Origin: an uncultured Acidimicrobiia bacterium | GTDB taxonomy: Bacteria; Actinomycetota; Acidimicrobiia; Spongiisociales; UBA5794 | Assembly (NCBI GenBank): GCA_963714375.1 | Contig: CAVQOG010000003.1 | Coordinates: 297,457-361,456, forward strand | Direction: 5' to 3' | DNA length: 64,000 nucleotides | Program-made: the position numbers and the translations under genes | Part shown: positions 20,259 to 30,603 of the stretch, one piece after another | Layout of the letters: each line of letters opens with the position of its first letter | Position numbering within the stretch: the first letter of the stretch is position 1 | The notes under the pieces: model-generated | Database searches by the model: none | Told to the model about the DNA's origin: nothing | The model's input: the letters and a program-made list of their open reading frames with translations, nothing else

Positions 20259-21437
20259 ATGAACCCGGTTATCTGCTCAATCGCACGCACACCCATCGGT
20301 CGATTCAACGGTGCGTATACACCGCTCACGGCCATGGATCTCGGAGGTGTCGCCATTGCCGCGGCGCTCGAACGAGCCGGCCTCGACGGCTCACAGGTTG
20401 ATGAGGTGATCTTCGGCCATGTGCTTCAGGCTGGTCAGGGTCAGATCACCGCACGGCAGGCCGCCGTAAAGGGTGGGATCCCGATGTCAGTTCCCGCCAT
20501 GACAATCAACAAGGTGTGCCTGTCAGGAATGACGGCTATCCAGGAAGCCGCCAATCACATCCGACTCGGGGAGTCAAAATTCGTCGTCGCCGGCGGCATG
20601 GAATCGATGACAAATGCGCCACACGTTCTCCCGGGTGCCCGCGCTGGATTCAAGATGGGCGATGCCACGCTGGTGGACACGATGACGCACGACGGGCTTT
20701 TCTGTGCTTTCGATTCGTGCATGATGGGCGAGTCCTCGGATACGAAAAGCGACGAGCTCGGAATCGGGCGTGAGGACCAAGATTCATGGTCCGAGATGTC
20801 CCATGCGAGGGCAGCTGCGGCGACCGACAGCGGAGCCTTTGCAAACGAGATCGCCCAAGTCACCATCCCGCAACGCCGAGGTGACGACATCATCGTTACC
20901 GAGGACGGTGGGATTCGTCGGGAAACCACCATGGAATCCCTCGGCAGTCTCCGACCCGCCTTCCATTCTGAGGGGACAACTACAGCTGGAAACGCATCGC
21001 AGATATCTGATGGCGCCGCAGCAGTCGTTGTGGCCGAAAGGGCGGCCGCCGAAGCGGCTGGACTCCCGATCCTTGCCGAGATCGTGTCCTACGGGCAGGT
21101 TGCTGGACCCGACGCCACACTTCACGAGCGACCAGCAGAAGCAATCAGAGTGGCACTCAAACGAACAGATTTGAGTATCGACGACATCGATCTGTTCGAA
21201 ATCAACGAAGCGTTCGCATCAGTGGCAATGCACTCGGCCGCGATGCTCGGCATCGACAAGGACAAAGTCAACATCCACGGAGGCGCCGTCGCACTCGGGC
21301 ATCCGCTCGGAGCGACCGGAGCACGACTCATCGTGACTCTCATCAGCGCCCTCCAAACAACCGGTGGAACGCTCGGAGCCGCCGCACTGTGCGGTGGCGG
21401 TGGTCAGGGTGACGCGATGATCGTCAGGATGGTCTGA
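20259..21437 (+). CDS. acetyl-CoA C-acetyltransferase (thiolase II)
   Basis: VCLSGMTAI catalytic Cys region, NIHGGAVALGHPLGATG, C-terminal GGGQG. Confidence 0.9.
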   Translation: MNPVICSIARTPIGRFNGAYTPLTAMDLGGVAIAAALERAGLDGSQVDEVIFGHVLQAGQGQITARQAAVKGGIPMSVPAMTINKVCLSGMTAIQEAANHIRLGESKFVVAGGMESMTNAPHVLPGARAGFKMGDATLVDTMTHDGLFCAFDSCMMGESSDTKSDELGIGREDQDSWSEMSHARAAAATDSGAFANEIAQVTIPQRRGDDIIVTEDGGIRRETTMESLGSLRPAFHSEGTTTAGNASQISDGAAAVVVAERAAAEAAGLPILAEIVSYGQVAGPDATLHERPAEAIRVALKRTDLSIDDIDLFEINEAFASVAMHSAAMLGIDKDKVNIHGGAVALGHPLGATGARLIVTLISALQTTGGTLGAAALCGGGGQGDAMIVRMV

Positions 21438-21439
21438 CG

Positions 21440-22426
21440 ATGCAGGTTGCAAGCTACCTCCCGGACAAGAACCTTGCCCTCGAACTCGTCCGCGTCACTG
21501 AGGCTGCTGCGATATCGGCGGCACGTGTGCAGGGGCGCGGCGACAAGGAGGCAGTTGACCAGGCAGCGGTCGATGCTATGCGTCAGGTGCTCTCCCGCAT
21601 CAGCCTTGACGGCATCGTCGTCATTGGAGAAGGCGAAAAGGACGAAGCTCCGATGCTCTACAACGGAGAAGTCGTAGGGAACGGACAACTCCCGCAGGTC
21701 GATGTCGCAGTCGATCCTGTCGATGGCACACGGCTCACCGCCGAGGGTCGTGGCGGTGCCTTAGCCGTTATTGCACTCGCCGAGCGCGGATCAATGTATG
21801 CGCCGGGGAGCCTCGTCTACATGGACAAGTTGGCTGTCGGAGAGGCTGCGGTAGGTACGGTCGATATCGATGCACCTGTCGAGCACAACCTCCGCGCTGT
21901 CGCCAGGGCGCTCGGAAAACAGGTATCGGACGTCACCGCCGTCGTCCTTGACCGCCCAAGAAACGAGCCCTACATCAACGAGATCAGGGCAGCAGGTGGT
22001 CGGATCTCGCTCATCGGGGATGGGGACATTCAAGGCTCCATAACCGCTGCACTCGACGGCACCGGTGTGGACATCCTCCTGGGTATCGGTGGTTCACCCG
22101 AGGCGGTGACATCTGCCTGCGCCATGGCTGCGATGCGAGGCGAGATTCAATGCAAGCTCTGGCCCCGGGACGATTCAGAACGCGAATATGCCGCCGAGCG
22201 CGGACTGGATCTCAATCAAGTTCTGACAACTCGCGATCTCGTCGACTCTGACGACACCTTCTTCGCAGCGACCGGTGTGACCACCGGTTCGTTGCTCAAC
22301 GGTGTCCGATTCGGCGGCGTGCACACAACCACACACTCGGTCATCATGCGTTCACGCTCCGGCACAATCCGCTTCATCGAAGCCGACCACCGCGTCGAAT
22401 GGGTCGAAGGCGAAATCAAGGTTTAG
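21440..22426 (+). CDS. glpX: class II fructose-1,6-bisphosphatase
   Basis: GlpX family length and motifs (DPVDGT, GGSPE, LIGDGD). Confidence 0.9.
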   Translation: MQVASYLPDKNLALELVRVTEAAAISAARVQGRGDKEAVDQAAVDAMRQVLSRISLDGIVVIGEGEKDEAPMLYNGEVVGNGQLPQVDVAVDPVDGTRLTAEGRGGALAVIALAERGSMYAPGSLVYMDKLAVGEAAVGTVDIDAPVEHNLRAVARALGKQVSDVTAVVLDRPRNEPYINEIRAAGGRISLIGDGDIQGSITAALDGTGVDILLGIGGSPEAVTSACAMAAMRGEIQCKLWPRDDSEREYAAERGLDLNQVLTTRDLVDSDDTFFAATGVTTGSLLNGVRFGGVHTTTHSVIMRSRSGTIRFIEADHRVEWVEGEIKV

Positions 22427-22431
22427 ACGGG

Positions 22432-22483
22432 ACGCGTACCCAGGGCTCCATTGGACAAATATGTCGGCTGGAGCCCACAGAAC
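22432..22483. repeat. family-A GC-rich palindromic intergenic repeat
   Basis: ACGCGTACCCAGGGCTCCATTGGACAAATATGTCGGCTGGAGCCCACAGAAC. Sits exactly between the convergent stops of glpX and the glycosyltransferase. Confidence 0.6.
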
Positions 22484-22487
22484 AGAC

Positions 22488-23582
22488 TCAGACTTCGGTC
22501 GTCAGCTTCTCGAGTGCCTCGTCGTAGGCCGGCGCCACGACTGACCAATCGTATTGGAACGTCGCATCGCGGAGTGCGGCGCTGCCTGGCTCGGCGAGGG
22601 TGCGCTCGATGAGGTCGGCTGCTTCAGATGGCGAATCGAAGAGCGTCGTCGTGGGATCGGCACCAATGGCTGCGATGCGTTCGGGATAGACCAGGCGGTT
22701 GGGGAGAACCGGCTGTGCACCGGCCGCGATCGCTTCAACGACCCCGATCCCAAAGAACTCCTGATCAGCGGTCGACAGAACAACCGACGATTCCAGCAGG
22801 ATCTCCTCGTAGCGTTCCCGATCAGCATGACCGTCGTGGATCAGGCGATGACCAAGGAGCTCGGTGATCTCGGCGAAGGTCTCGGGCACGGACACGAACA
22901 CTTCGCCGCACATTGCGATGCGGAACTCGACTCCCCGCTCAAGGAGCAGGCCTACAATGGCCTTGAGTTCGTCTGGGCCCTTGTCGTGCTCCCAACGCTG
23001 GTTCCACACGATGAGAGGCGGACCGGCGGCGTTGATACAGTCACCACGAAACGGCTCAAGATCAACCCCGACCGGCAGCACGATCGAGGCGTCCATCACA
23101 TCATCGACGAGGTGAACATGCTTGTCCTCAGGGAATGCATTGAGGAATCTCGTGGCTTCGACTCTGAACACTGACCGGTGGTACTCCGAATTGAAGATCA
23201 CGAGATCGGATACCGCGGCACTTGCCCAGTTCTTCATCTGGTACGTGAAGTCGACTTTGTCCGCAGGCGACAACGGATACGTGAACTGGCTCTCATGAAA
23301 GTACGTCGCAATCGGAACGCCCGGCGCCACATTTCTCACCGCACCGGCAAAAGCCGACACGTCCATCATCGACGAGGCGAGGATCACATCAGGCGACCAA
23401 CCCGAGTCAACCAAGAACCTGAGCTCCTCAGCAAGCGTGAGAAACGCCCCGTGCATCCGCCATTTCCAGAACCGCGCATCATGTGAAACAATCCGGACAT
23501 CGTGGGCCGAATGATCTCGATACCCATCAGCCCATACCTTGTGGGAGCCGCCGTAGTAGGGCTCGACCAGAACAACATTCAT
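22488..23582 (-). CDS. DUF3524-type glycosyltransferase (GT4-like; family of tRNA-queuosine mannosyltransferase homologues)
   Basis: N-terminus MNVVLVEPYYGGSHKVW is typical of DUF3524. C-terminal GT1/GT4 EFFGIGVVEAIAAG motif. Confidence 0.75.
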   Translation of the reverse strand: MNVVLVEPYYGGSHKVWADGYRDHSAHDVRIVSHDARFWKWRMHGAFLTLAEELRFLVDSGWSPDVILASSMMDVSAFAGAVRNVAPGVPIATYFHESQFTYPLSPADKVDFTYQMKNWASAAVSDLVIFNSEYHRSVFRVEATRFLNAFPEDKHVHLVDDVMDASIVLPVGVDLEPFRGDCINAAGPPLIVWNQRWEHDKGPDELKAIVGLLLERGVEFRIAMCGEVFVSVPETFAEITELLGHRLIHDGHADRERYEEILLESSVVLSTADQEFFGIGVVEAIAAGAQPVLPNRLVYPERIAAIGADPTTTLFDSPSEAADLIERTLAEPGSAALRDATFQYDWSVVAPAYDEALEKLTTEV

Positions 23583-23687
23583 GGGCGAACCCTACGGCTG
23601 CTGGGTCGTTGAAGGCGATGGGTTGGTATCAGCCCTCGAAGTCCAACGCCAGAGGATCGAGAAGCCGGACCCAGGGCCCGTATCGGA

Positions 23688-24475
23688 CTATGGCTGTGGC
23701 GCGATCATCGTCGTCGTTGGCCAGGAGCCTTCGGGAAGGCTGACATCTTCAAGGATCAGATTCCAGTCATAATCTGAAAGGGGGGCGATCGAAGCCGCTA
23801 TTTCGATGGCACGCTCAAGCGATGCTGCATGGATCTGCGAGAACACCGTCACCGTATCTGAGTGCTGCCAAATCACTGTCATGGTCACGCCGTTGGGCTC
23901 GATGTATCTGAAGACCTTCGCCACGGATCCGTCGTAGACGACCATGTCATCCATCGCCGTCAGTTCGGCGTCGTCTGACAGCAATCCTTCCAACAAGACC
24001 GAGTACTCGTATCCGACCCCCCTGCCGCGTTCGTCAGTCAGTACCTCAATGGACACACCCTCTGATGCCGTCTTGGACTCGTAGACCACGAAGGATTGGA
24101 CACCAAGGTCACCCGCACCGGTTGCAAGCCATTCGTCCGGATCCAGGCCGAGCTTTGGGCGGCCAACGACCTCTACTACCGGTTCGGTCGGAGCAAGCGT
24201 CGTAGCAACATCAACTTCGTCCGATTCCGACGCAAGGGTTGTGGGAGGGGCGGCGCCCCCGGCTCCGGGTGCGAAGCCTGGTCGCCATCGCTGCCGACCA
24301 GGAGGGCTGTCACACCGAACGCACCAAACACCAGAACAACTGCGGTTGCACCGGCAAGGATGCGGCTGGCGCGCACGCGCCGTTCGACCGTGGACCGGTC
24401 CTGCAGCTCCATCGTGGCAATCTGGCTTTGTGTCTCGTTGCTCGCTTGTGTCAATCGGTCATCGATGGTTCTCAT
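23688..24475 (-). CDS. anti-sigma factor: cytoplasmic N-terminus, one TM helix, about 150-aa extracytoplasmic domain; frame disrupted near 24240-24275
   Basis: ORF 24176..24475 (MRTIDDRL..., TM ILAGATAVVLVFGAFGVTALLV) ends in junk. The +2 frame runs on uninterrupted into ORF 23688..24089. Start ATGA-overlaps the sigma stop. G5 run at the junction. Confidence 0.55.
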
Positions 24476-25060
24476 GATCCGTTCCCTTCGTTAAGTTGCG
24501 TGTTGAGTGCGTGTTTGGCTCGTTGCAAATGGGTCTTCACCGTGTTCTGTGAACACTCGAGAATGGAAGCGATCTCGGCAATGGAGCTTCCGTCGTAGTA
24601 GCGCAGCGCAATGACCTGGGCCTGCCGCTTCGGCAACTTGCGGACCGCAGTCCACGTCGCCGTGGTATCGGGTGATCAGCTCAGGAACCACTGATTCCGA
24701 TCCCCGGAACCGGAGAAGAGCCCGCGCCTCTGCCGTCCTGCGCCGAAACACGGAAACCGCACGATTCGAAACAACGCGGCGAACCCAAGCACCCGGATTC
24801 GGATATCGACCGACCTGTTCCCAGCGCTTGTATGCGGCAAGAAAGGCATCCTGGGCAAGATCCTCGGCGCCGGATCGACTTCCCGAGATCACATACGCCA
24901 AACCAACGACCTGGCGAAGCTCGCTGGCATAGAAACTTGCGAAGTCTCTCAGAACCGGGCTAACCGCATCGGCCGCCTGCTCGTCACGCACTTCATCATC
25001 TATCGTCAACGGGATTCCTCCAGCAATCGCATTCTCACCCAGTAAGACGCATACCTCCAC
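24472..25060 (-). CDS. ECF (sigma-70 family) RNA polymerase sigma factor; frame disrupted near 24665-24685
   Basis: Region 2 in ORF 24491..25060 (FYASELRQVVGLAYVISGSRSGAEDLAQDAFLAAYKRW). Region 4 (LPKRQAQVIALRYYDGSSIAEIASILECSQNTVKTHLQRAK) reads in the -1 frame and ends at a TGA overlapping the anti-sigma ATG. Confidence 0.65.
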
Positions 25061-25075
25061 CGAAACGGGTGACAG

Positions 25076-25196
25076 GAATCCGATGACCGATTTCAGAAAT
25101 CAGATAACGGCTAACGGACAGCCGAGGACCGATTACCGATGACCGATACAGAAGTCGGTTATCGGATATCGGATGTCGGATATCGGACAGTCAGAG
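25076..25196. repeat. CCGAT/ATCGGAT microsatellite tract, with 7-nt unit repeated four times at 25160-25187
   Basis: CCGATGACCGATT...CCGATTACCGATGACCGATACAGAAGTCGGTTATCGGATATCGGATGTCGGATATCGGACAGTCAGAG. Lies between the recR stop and the ECF sigma start. Confidence 0.6.
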
Positions 25197-25786
25197 TTCT
25201 TGGCGGCCGGTGAGGGCTCGGCCGAGGGTGACTTCGTCTGCGTAGTCGAGATCGCCACCGACGGGAAGTCCGCTTGCGAGACGGGTCACCGTCACGCCAA
25301 GAGGCTTGAGGCGTCGTGAGATCATCATTGCGGTTGTGTCGCCCTCAAGGGTCGGATTCGTTGCGGCGATGACTTCGGTGATGCCTTCCAACCCCACCCG
25401 ATCAACCAGCTCCTTGATACGCAGATTCTCTTCATGAATGCCTGCAATCGGATTCACAGCGCCACCGAGCACGTGATAGCGGCCTCTGAATGACTGTGTC
25501 CGTTCGAGCACGGGGATGTCCTGTGCACGCTCAACGACGCAGATAACGGTTGTGTCGCGTCGGAGATCAGAACAGATCGAGCACTCCTGGTCTGCGGTGA
25601 CGTTGTAGCACCGGTTACACAGTCGAACGGATGACCGCATCTCGCTTATTGCATCTGCGAGACGTTGAGCGTCAGCTTCCTCGGCGTTGAGGAGATGGAA
25701 GGCAATCCGTTGCGCACTCTTCCGACCGACACCTGGCAGCCTCGCGAGTTCATCGATCAGCCGTTGGATGGGTGGCTCGAACATCA
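25191..25786 (-). CDS. recR: recombination protein RecR
   Basis: [26 protein letters not shown] helix-hairpin-helix, C4 zinc finger CNRC...CSIC, Toprim domain. Confidence 0.9.
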
Positions 25787-26111
25787 GCCGAGCATGCCAC
25801 CAAGGTCGAGCCCGGCCGCAGCTCCACCCATCGACGCTTCGGCATCGGCCTGCATCGCTGCGTAGGCCTGATTGACCGCAGCGACGACCAGATCGCTGAC
25901 CATGTCGGGGTCGTCGGGATCGAGCACCGTCGGGATCGAGATCCACGGAGAGCAGTTCGCCTGTTCCCTTCATGGTCGCCTTGACAACACCGCCACCGAC
26001 GGTGCCTTCATAGGTCTTGGCAGCAAGGGTCTCTTGTGCAGCCACCATCTGGGCCTGCATCTGTTGAGCCTGCTGCATGAGCTGTTGCATATCTTTTGGC
26101 ATTTTGGACAT
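25783..26111 (-). CDS. ybaB: nucleoid-associated protein YbaB/EbfC, frame disrupted by a tandem duplication at 25911-25945
   Basis: N-terminus [22 protein letters not shown]. Native C-terminus [25 protein letters not shown]...GGMLG* is recovered in another frame. The repeat is CGTCGGGATCGAG-cac-CGTCGGGATCGAG-atccac. After it the frame fuses into recR. Confidence 0.6.
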
Positions 26112-26136
26112 GGCGGCAGGGTAGCGAGACGCAGAC

Positions 26137-28041
26137 GTGCACCAACGCATCCCAGTCCGCGAAAGCGAACCGGCGCCGGTGTCCTTTGTGACACAGCAGC
26201 GGTCTACTGTTGAACAGATGCAATATCAGGCGCTCTATCGCAAGTATCGACCACAACGATTCGACGAGGTCATCGGGCAGGACCATGTCACCACGACCCT
26301 CGCAAGGGAGGTCGTTGACAGCAAGGTTGCCCACGCATACCTGCTTGCTGGGCCGAGAGGAACCGGGAAGACCACCACTGCCCGTCTGCTTGCCAAGTCA
26401 CTGAATTGTGCCAACCGCGCACCCGACGGCGAACCAGACAACGAGTGTCCATCGTGTATCGGGATCACCGAGGGGTCTTCTCTCGATGTGATAGAGCTCG
26501 ACGCGGCATCCCACAACAAGGTTGAGGACATTCGCGAGATTCGCACGAACGCAGGGACGGTTGCCGCGACCGCCGGATCACATCGCGTCTACATCCTTGA
26601 TGAAGCCCACATGCTGACTCGCGCAGCTGGCAACGCCCTCTTGAAGATCCTTGAGGAACCTCCAGCGCATGTGATCTTCGTGCTCGCAACCACCGAGCCA
26701 TACAAGCTCCTCGACACCATCCGATCTCGCGCTCAACGCTTCGATTTCCACCCGGTCGCGACCGAAACCCTCATCGACTATCTCGCAGACATCGCCGTGA
26801 GAGAAGGGTTCACGGCAGACCGTGCAGCCCTTGAAGCTGTCACCTCCCACTCTGGTGGTTCCGTTCGCGACGCGATGAGCCTGTTGGAGCAGGTGGCAGC
26901 GCTCGGTGCGGGAACCGTCTCTTCAAGTGGTGTGTCCACGGCGTTGGGACTCGCAGACCGGGACGTGTTCGCAGAACTAGTCAAAGTGATCGCCGATGGT
27001 GATGCCGCTGCAGCGCTCGCACTCGTTGCGCGACTCGCATCCCAGGGAGCAGACCTCCGAAGGTTTGTGGCAGATGGTCTCGCCCATTTCCGAGGCATCT
27101 TCCTCGCCCAATACGCCTCGAACATCGACGAAGTCGTTGATGCATCCACCGAAACAATCGCCGAATGGAAGCAACAGGCGACGGTTCTGTCCAGCGTGGA
27201 GGTACTCCGGACCATCGACGAGCTTTCGACGGCTCTTCTCCAACTTCGAGATGGCCGCGAAGAGCGCCTCGTCGTGGAGATCTCACTCATCAGACTGACA
27301 CGGCCAGAGACGGTTGAATCGGTCGATGGCCTCCACGCCAGGATCGGGAGAATGGAACGAGAGCTCACTGCTTTCAGCTCACAGCTCACAGCTTCAGAGA
27401 GCGAAAACCAACAGCCTGTCCCCCCTTCAGGGGGGACGGATCCGACGGAGTCGGATCAGGGGGGCGTGCGAGCCCGCGAGCCCCGTCCGGAGCAGATCTC
27501 AGAAGCCACTACCCAACAGCCCGTCCCCCCTCCAGGGGGGACGGATCCGACGGAGTCGGATCAGGGGGGCGTGCGAGCCCGCGAGCCCCGTCCGGAGCGA
27601 AAGTCAGAAGTCAGAAGTCAGAAGTCAGAAGTCGGCCAACCAGACATCACCCTCGATTCCTTTCTCACGGCCTGGCCCGCGATCATGGCTGAGATCCGTG
27701 AGACCGTCGGGCCTCGCCGCCAAGCGCTGTTGCGAGAGGCATCGCCGCGCGACCTCCAAGGCTCAACCGTCGTGTTTGAGGTTGCTTCTCATATGCATTT
27801 CCATCTTGAACAGCTCAAAGCGGACAGCGGGATTGCAGATGCCATCGCGGATGCAACCGATCAGCGCCTCGGTTCACGACTGTCCGTGTCGTTCAGATCT
27901 GCAGACGCGCCTGCTCCGGAGCCGGACCCGGAACTGGACCTCGTGCCGGACAAGGATGACCTCCTGGACGCAGACGACGACGAGGCTGTCGATCCGGTTG
28001 CCGTCGTGGCAAACATCTTCGACGGCCAGATCATCGAATAG
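26137..28041 (+). CDS. dnaX: DNA polymerase III subunits gamma/tau
   Basis: AAA+ clamp-loader motifs GPRGTGKTT and ILDEAHML with SRAQRF sensor. Start may be ATG at 26218 ([15 protein letters not shown]). Divergent from ybaB. Confidence 0.85.
   Translation: MHQRIPVRESEPAPVSFVTQQRSTVEQMQYQALYRKYRPQRFDEVIGQDHVTTTLAREVVDSKVAHAYLLAGPRGTGKTTTARLLAKSLNCANRAPDGEPDNECPSCIGITEGSSLDVIELDAASHNKVEDIREIRTNAGTVAATAGSHRVYILDEAHMLTRAAGNALLKILEEPPAHVIFVLATTEPYKLLDTIRSRAQRFDFHPVATETLIDYLADIAVREGFTADRAALEAVTSHSGGSVRDAMSLLEQVAALGAGTVSSSGVSTALGLADRDVFAELVKVIADGDAAAALALVARLASQGADLRRFVADGLAHFRGIFLAQYASNIDEVVDASTETIAEWKQQATVLSSVEVLRTIDELSTALLQLRDGREERLVVEISLIRLTRPETVESVDGLHARIGRMERELTAFSSQLTASESENQQPVPPSGGTDPTESDQGGVRAREPRPEQISEATTQQPVPPPGGTDPTESDQGGVRAREPRPERKSEVRSQKSEVGQPDITLDSFLTAWPAIMAEIRETVGPRRQALLREASPRDLQGSTVVFEVASHMHFHLEQLKADSGIADAIADATDQRLGSRLSVSFRSADAPAPEPDPELDLVPDKDDLLDADDDEAVDPVAVVANIFDGQIIE
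27409..27633. repeat. in-frame 105-bp tandem duplication plus (AGTCAGA)x4.5 tract inside dnaX
   Basis: Units 27409-27513 and 27514-27600 encode QQPVPP(S/P)[21 protein letters not shown] twice. Each unit contains a GTCCCCCCT..AGGGGGGAC hairpin and GAGCCCGCGAGCCCCGTCC. Heptamers at 27602-27629. Confidence 0.7.
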
Positions 28042-28043
28042 CC

Positions 28044-28589
28044 GTGCGTCTCGGAATCGACCTCGACGGTGTCGTAGCAGACTTCAACGCCGGTTGGATG
28101 GCGCGATACAACGCGGAACGGGGAACGAATCTCACCACCGATCTGGTCGACCACTGGGGAGCGATGAACGACCTGACGGACTTCCCAACGGAGCACGACT
28201 TCTGGGAATGGGCACGCAACGGTGACGGACCAGGGCTATTCCGTCACCTTCCCCTCTATCCCGAAGCATTGCCTGCGCTGGAACGGCTCGCTCAGAGGCA
28301 TGCGATCGTCATCATTACGACCAAGCCGAGGTGGGCGATACACGAAACATTCGCCTGGATCGCCGACAATGGGATCCCCACCCGTGAGGTGCATATCACC
28401 GGAAAGAAGTGGCTGGTCGACTGCGATATCTACCTCGACGACGGACCTCACAACCTCGAGGTTCTGCCTATCGAGCGCCCAAACCGGACGGTGTGCCGCT
28501 TTGTCCGACCCTGGAACGAACCCACCGATGGCGTGGTCGACATTGACACATGGGACACGTTCGAAGCGTTTGTGGGGAACCAGTTGTGA
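28044..28589 (+). CDS. HAD-superfamily 5'(3')-deoxyribonucleotidase-like (NT5C family)
   Basis: N-terminal DLDGV HAD motif I. 181 aa. Immediately downstream of dnaX. Confidence 0.65.
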   Translation: MRLGIDLDGVVADFNAGWMARYNAERGTNLTTDLVDHWGAMNDLTDFPTEHDFWEWARNGDGPGLFRHLPLYPEALPALERLAQRHAIVIITTKPRWAIHETFAWIADNGIPTREVHITGKKWLVDCDIYLDDGPHNLEVLPIERPNRTVCRFVRPWNEPTDGVVDIDTWDTFEAFVGNQL

Positions 28590-28670
28590 TGACCAAACAC
28601 GGAAACACGGCAACCACTATCATCGCAGCGGTGGGGCATCGCCCCAACACGTAGAGGGAGAATCAAGACA

Positions 28671-29774
28671 ATGAAGAAACGATACGGCTTGATGCTGTTG
28701 GTTGCGTTCGCGATGATCATCGCGGCGTGTAGCAGCAGCACAGACGACACGACGACAACGACGGCCGCGGCCCCCGAGGCCACGACAACGACCGTTGCGG
28801 ACACAACAACCACAACGGAGGAACCTAGTGCCGCTGTTGGCTCGCCAGAGAACCCGATCAAGGTTCTCTTCGTTCCATCGGTGAGCGCTGAGGAGATCAT
28901 CGCGGGTGGCGAGATCTTGGCGGAGACGCTTGGAGAGGCGACCGGATTGACCTACGAGGTCAGTGTTCCGACTTCCTACGCGGCAACAATCAACGAGATG
29001 TGTGCGTCACCTGACAACACCATCGGATTCATTCCAGCAACGGCGTATGTTCTCGGCAACGACCTGTGCGGTATTGAGGTCGCCATGAAGTCGCTCCGCT
29101 ACGGCTTCACCGAATACTGGGCCGAGTTCATCGTGCCACGTGATAGTGACGCCACGACCCTCGCGGACCTTGCTGGTCTCAAGTGGGCGTATCCGGATGC
29201 GGGTTCAACATCTGGATTCCTTGTACCAAGCGGCATGTTCGCAACCGACGGCATCGAGGCAGGCGAGACCTTTGAAGCAGGCGGTCACGGAGCAGTGGTC
29301 CGTGCTGTATACAACGGCGAAGCCGATTTCGGAACTGTCTTCTTCAGCCCGTCAATCGACGGCGAAGGCAACGTGATTTGGGATGGAACGACGGCAGGCG
29401 CCGACGTTCCGGACGAAAACGTCGCAGCGTGCACCATTGACGGCGACGGCCAGATCGACTGTGACGGCGTATTCCCACGGGACGCTCGTCGCGACATCCG
29501 GGAAGAAGCCCCGGACGTGATCCAGAAGGTTCGCATCCTCGAGTTGAGCCAGCCGATTCCAAACGACACCGTCAGCTTCGGTCCAGAGCTCAGCGATGAG
29601 ATCAGAACGCAGTTCATCACGGCGCTTGCGGCGTTTGCGGCGAACGATCCGGACGGATTTGAAACGGCTTTCGATGCCTACTCGTGGAGTAGCGTGACAA
29701 CGACGGACGATTCGGAATTCGACTTCATCCGTGCACTGATCCAGTCGCTCGGTCTTACGGTCGAAGACCTCTAA
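28671..29774 (+). CDS. phosphonate/phosphite-type ABC transporter substrate-binding lipoprotein (PhnD-like)
   Basis: Lipobox IIAACS, Thr-rich linker, PhnD/SsuA-type periplasmic binding fold (FIPATAY...GFLVPSGM). Confidence 0.75.
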   Translation: MKKRYGLMLLVAFAMIIAACSSSTDDTTTTTAAAPEATTTTVADTTTTTEEPSAAVGSPENPIKVLFVPSVSAEEIIAGGEILAETLGEATGLTYEVSVPTSYAATINEMCASPDNTIGFIPATAYVLGNDLCGIEVAMKSLRYGFTEYWAEFIVPRDSDATTLADLAGLKWAYPDAGSTSGFLVPSGMFATDGIEAGETFEAGGHGAVVRAVYNGEADFGTVFFSPSIDGEGNVIWDGTTAGADVPDENVAACTIDGDGQIDCDGVFPRDARRDIREEAPDVIQKVRILELSQPIPNDTVSFGPELSDEIRTQFITALAAFAANDPDGFETAFDAYSWSSVTTTDDSEFDFIRALIQSLGLTVEDL

Positions 29775-29850
29775 TCGAGGACAGGCAAATGCTGGAATTG
29801 GGCGGGGGTTCGTCCCCCGCCCAATTTCGTATAGAGACAGGACGACGGAC

Positions 29851-30603
29851 ATGTTGAAGGTCGAGAACCTGACCAAGGTCTATCCCGGCGGAACTCAGGC
29901 TCTCGACAATGTCTCCTTCGAAGTCGAACCGGGAGAGTTTCTCGCCGTCATCGGTCTCAGCGGCTCAGGGAAATCCACACTTCTGCGGTGCATCAACCGG
30001 CTGATTGAGCCGACCTCGGGGAGCATCACCTGGGACGGCGTTGACATCACGCGGGCCTCCCAAGAAGAGCTGCGCCGGGTCCGGCGACGCATCGGCATGG
30101 TGTTTCAGCACTTCAATCTGGTGAACCGCTCAAAAGTTCTCACCAATGTGCTCGCCGGGCGACTCGGATATCTGAACCCGGCGCTCAGCGTCATCAACCA
30201 ATTCCCGAAAGCCGATGTCGACAAGGCACATGCTCAACTCGCACGGGTCGGTCTCGAAGACAAATGGAACGCCAGAGCTGACGAGTTGAGCGGCGGCCAA
30301 CAGCAGCGTGTCGGTGTCGCGCGCGCAATGATGCAGGACCCCAAGATCATGCTCGCCGACGAACCAGTTGCAAGTCTCGACCCCGTCCTTGCCCGTAGCA
30401 TCATGCAGTACCTCCAACTGATCAATGACGAAGATGACGTCACGGTGATCTGCTCGCTGCACTTTCTCGATCTTGTCCACGAGTACGCGGACAGGGTGAT
30501 TGCGCTCAACGACGGGAAGCTCGTCTTCGAAGGCACACCTGACGAGATAGACGACGAGAAGTTCAAGGAGATCTACGGGAAGGAGGCTGAGCGCATTGGC
30601 TGA
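29851..30603 (+). CDS. phosphonate-type ABC transporter ATP-binding protein (PhnC-like)
   Basis: Walker A GLSGSGKST, signature LSGGQQQRV, Walker B MLADEP. Confidence 0.9.
   Translation: MLKVENLTKVYPGGTQALDNVSFEVEPGEFLAVIGLSGSGKSTLLRCINRLIEPTSGSITWDGVDITRASQEELRRVRRRIGMVFQHFNLVNRSKVLTNVLAGRLGYLNPALSVINQFPKADVDKAHAQLARVGLEDKWNARADELSGGQQQRVGVARAMMQDPKIMLADEPVASLDPVLARSIMQYLQLINDEDDVTVICSLHFLDLVHEYADRVIALNDGKLVFEGTPDEIDDEKFKEIYGKEAERIG

Noticed and set aside
25191-26150. RecR with a 120-aa N-terminal extension (319-aa ORF)
   Set aside because: The extension is YbaB read in the wrong frame after a 16-nt duplication, not a true fusion protein.
26112-26217. possible SRP RNA (ffs) upstream of dnaX, as in many bacteria
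   Set aside because: Only a GCGAAAGC tetraloop-like segment was found. The conserved domain-IV AGCAG/GGAA symmetric-loop motif is absent, and the region may instead be dnaX N-terminal coding.
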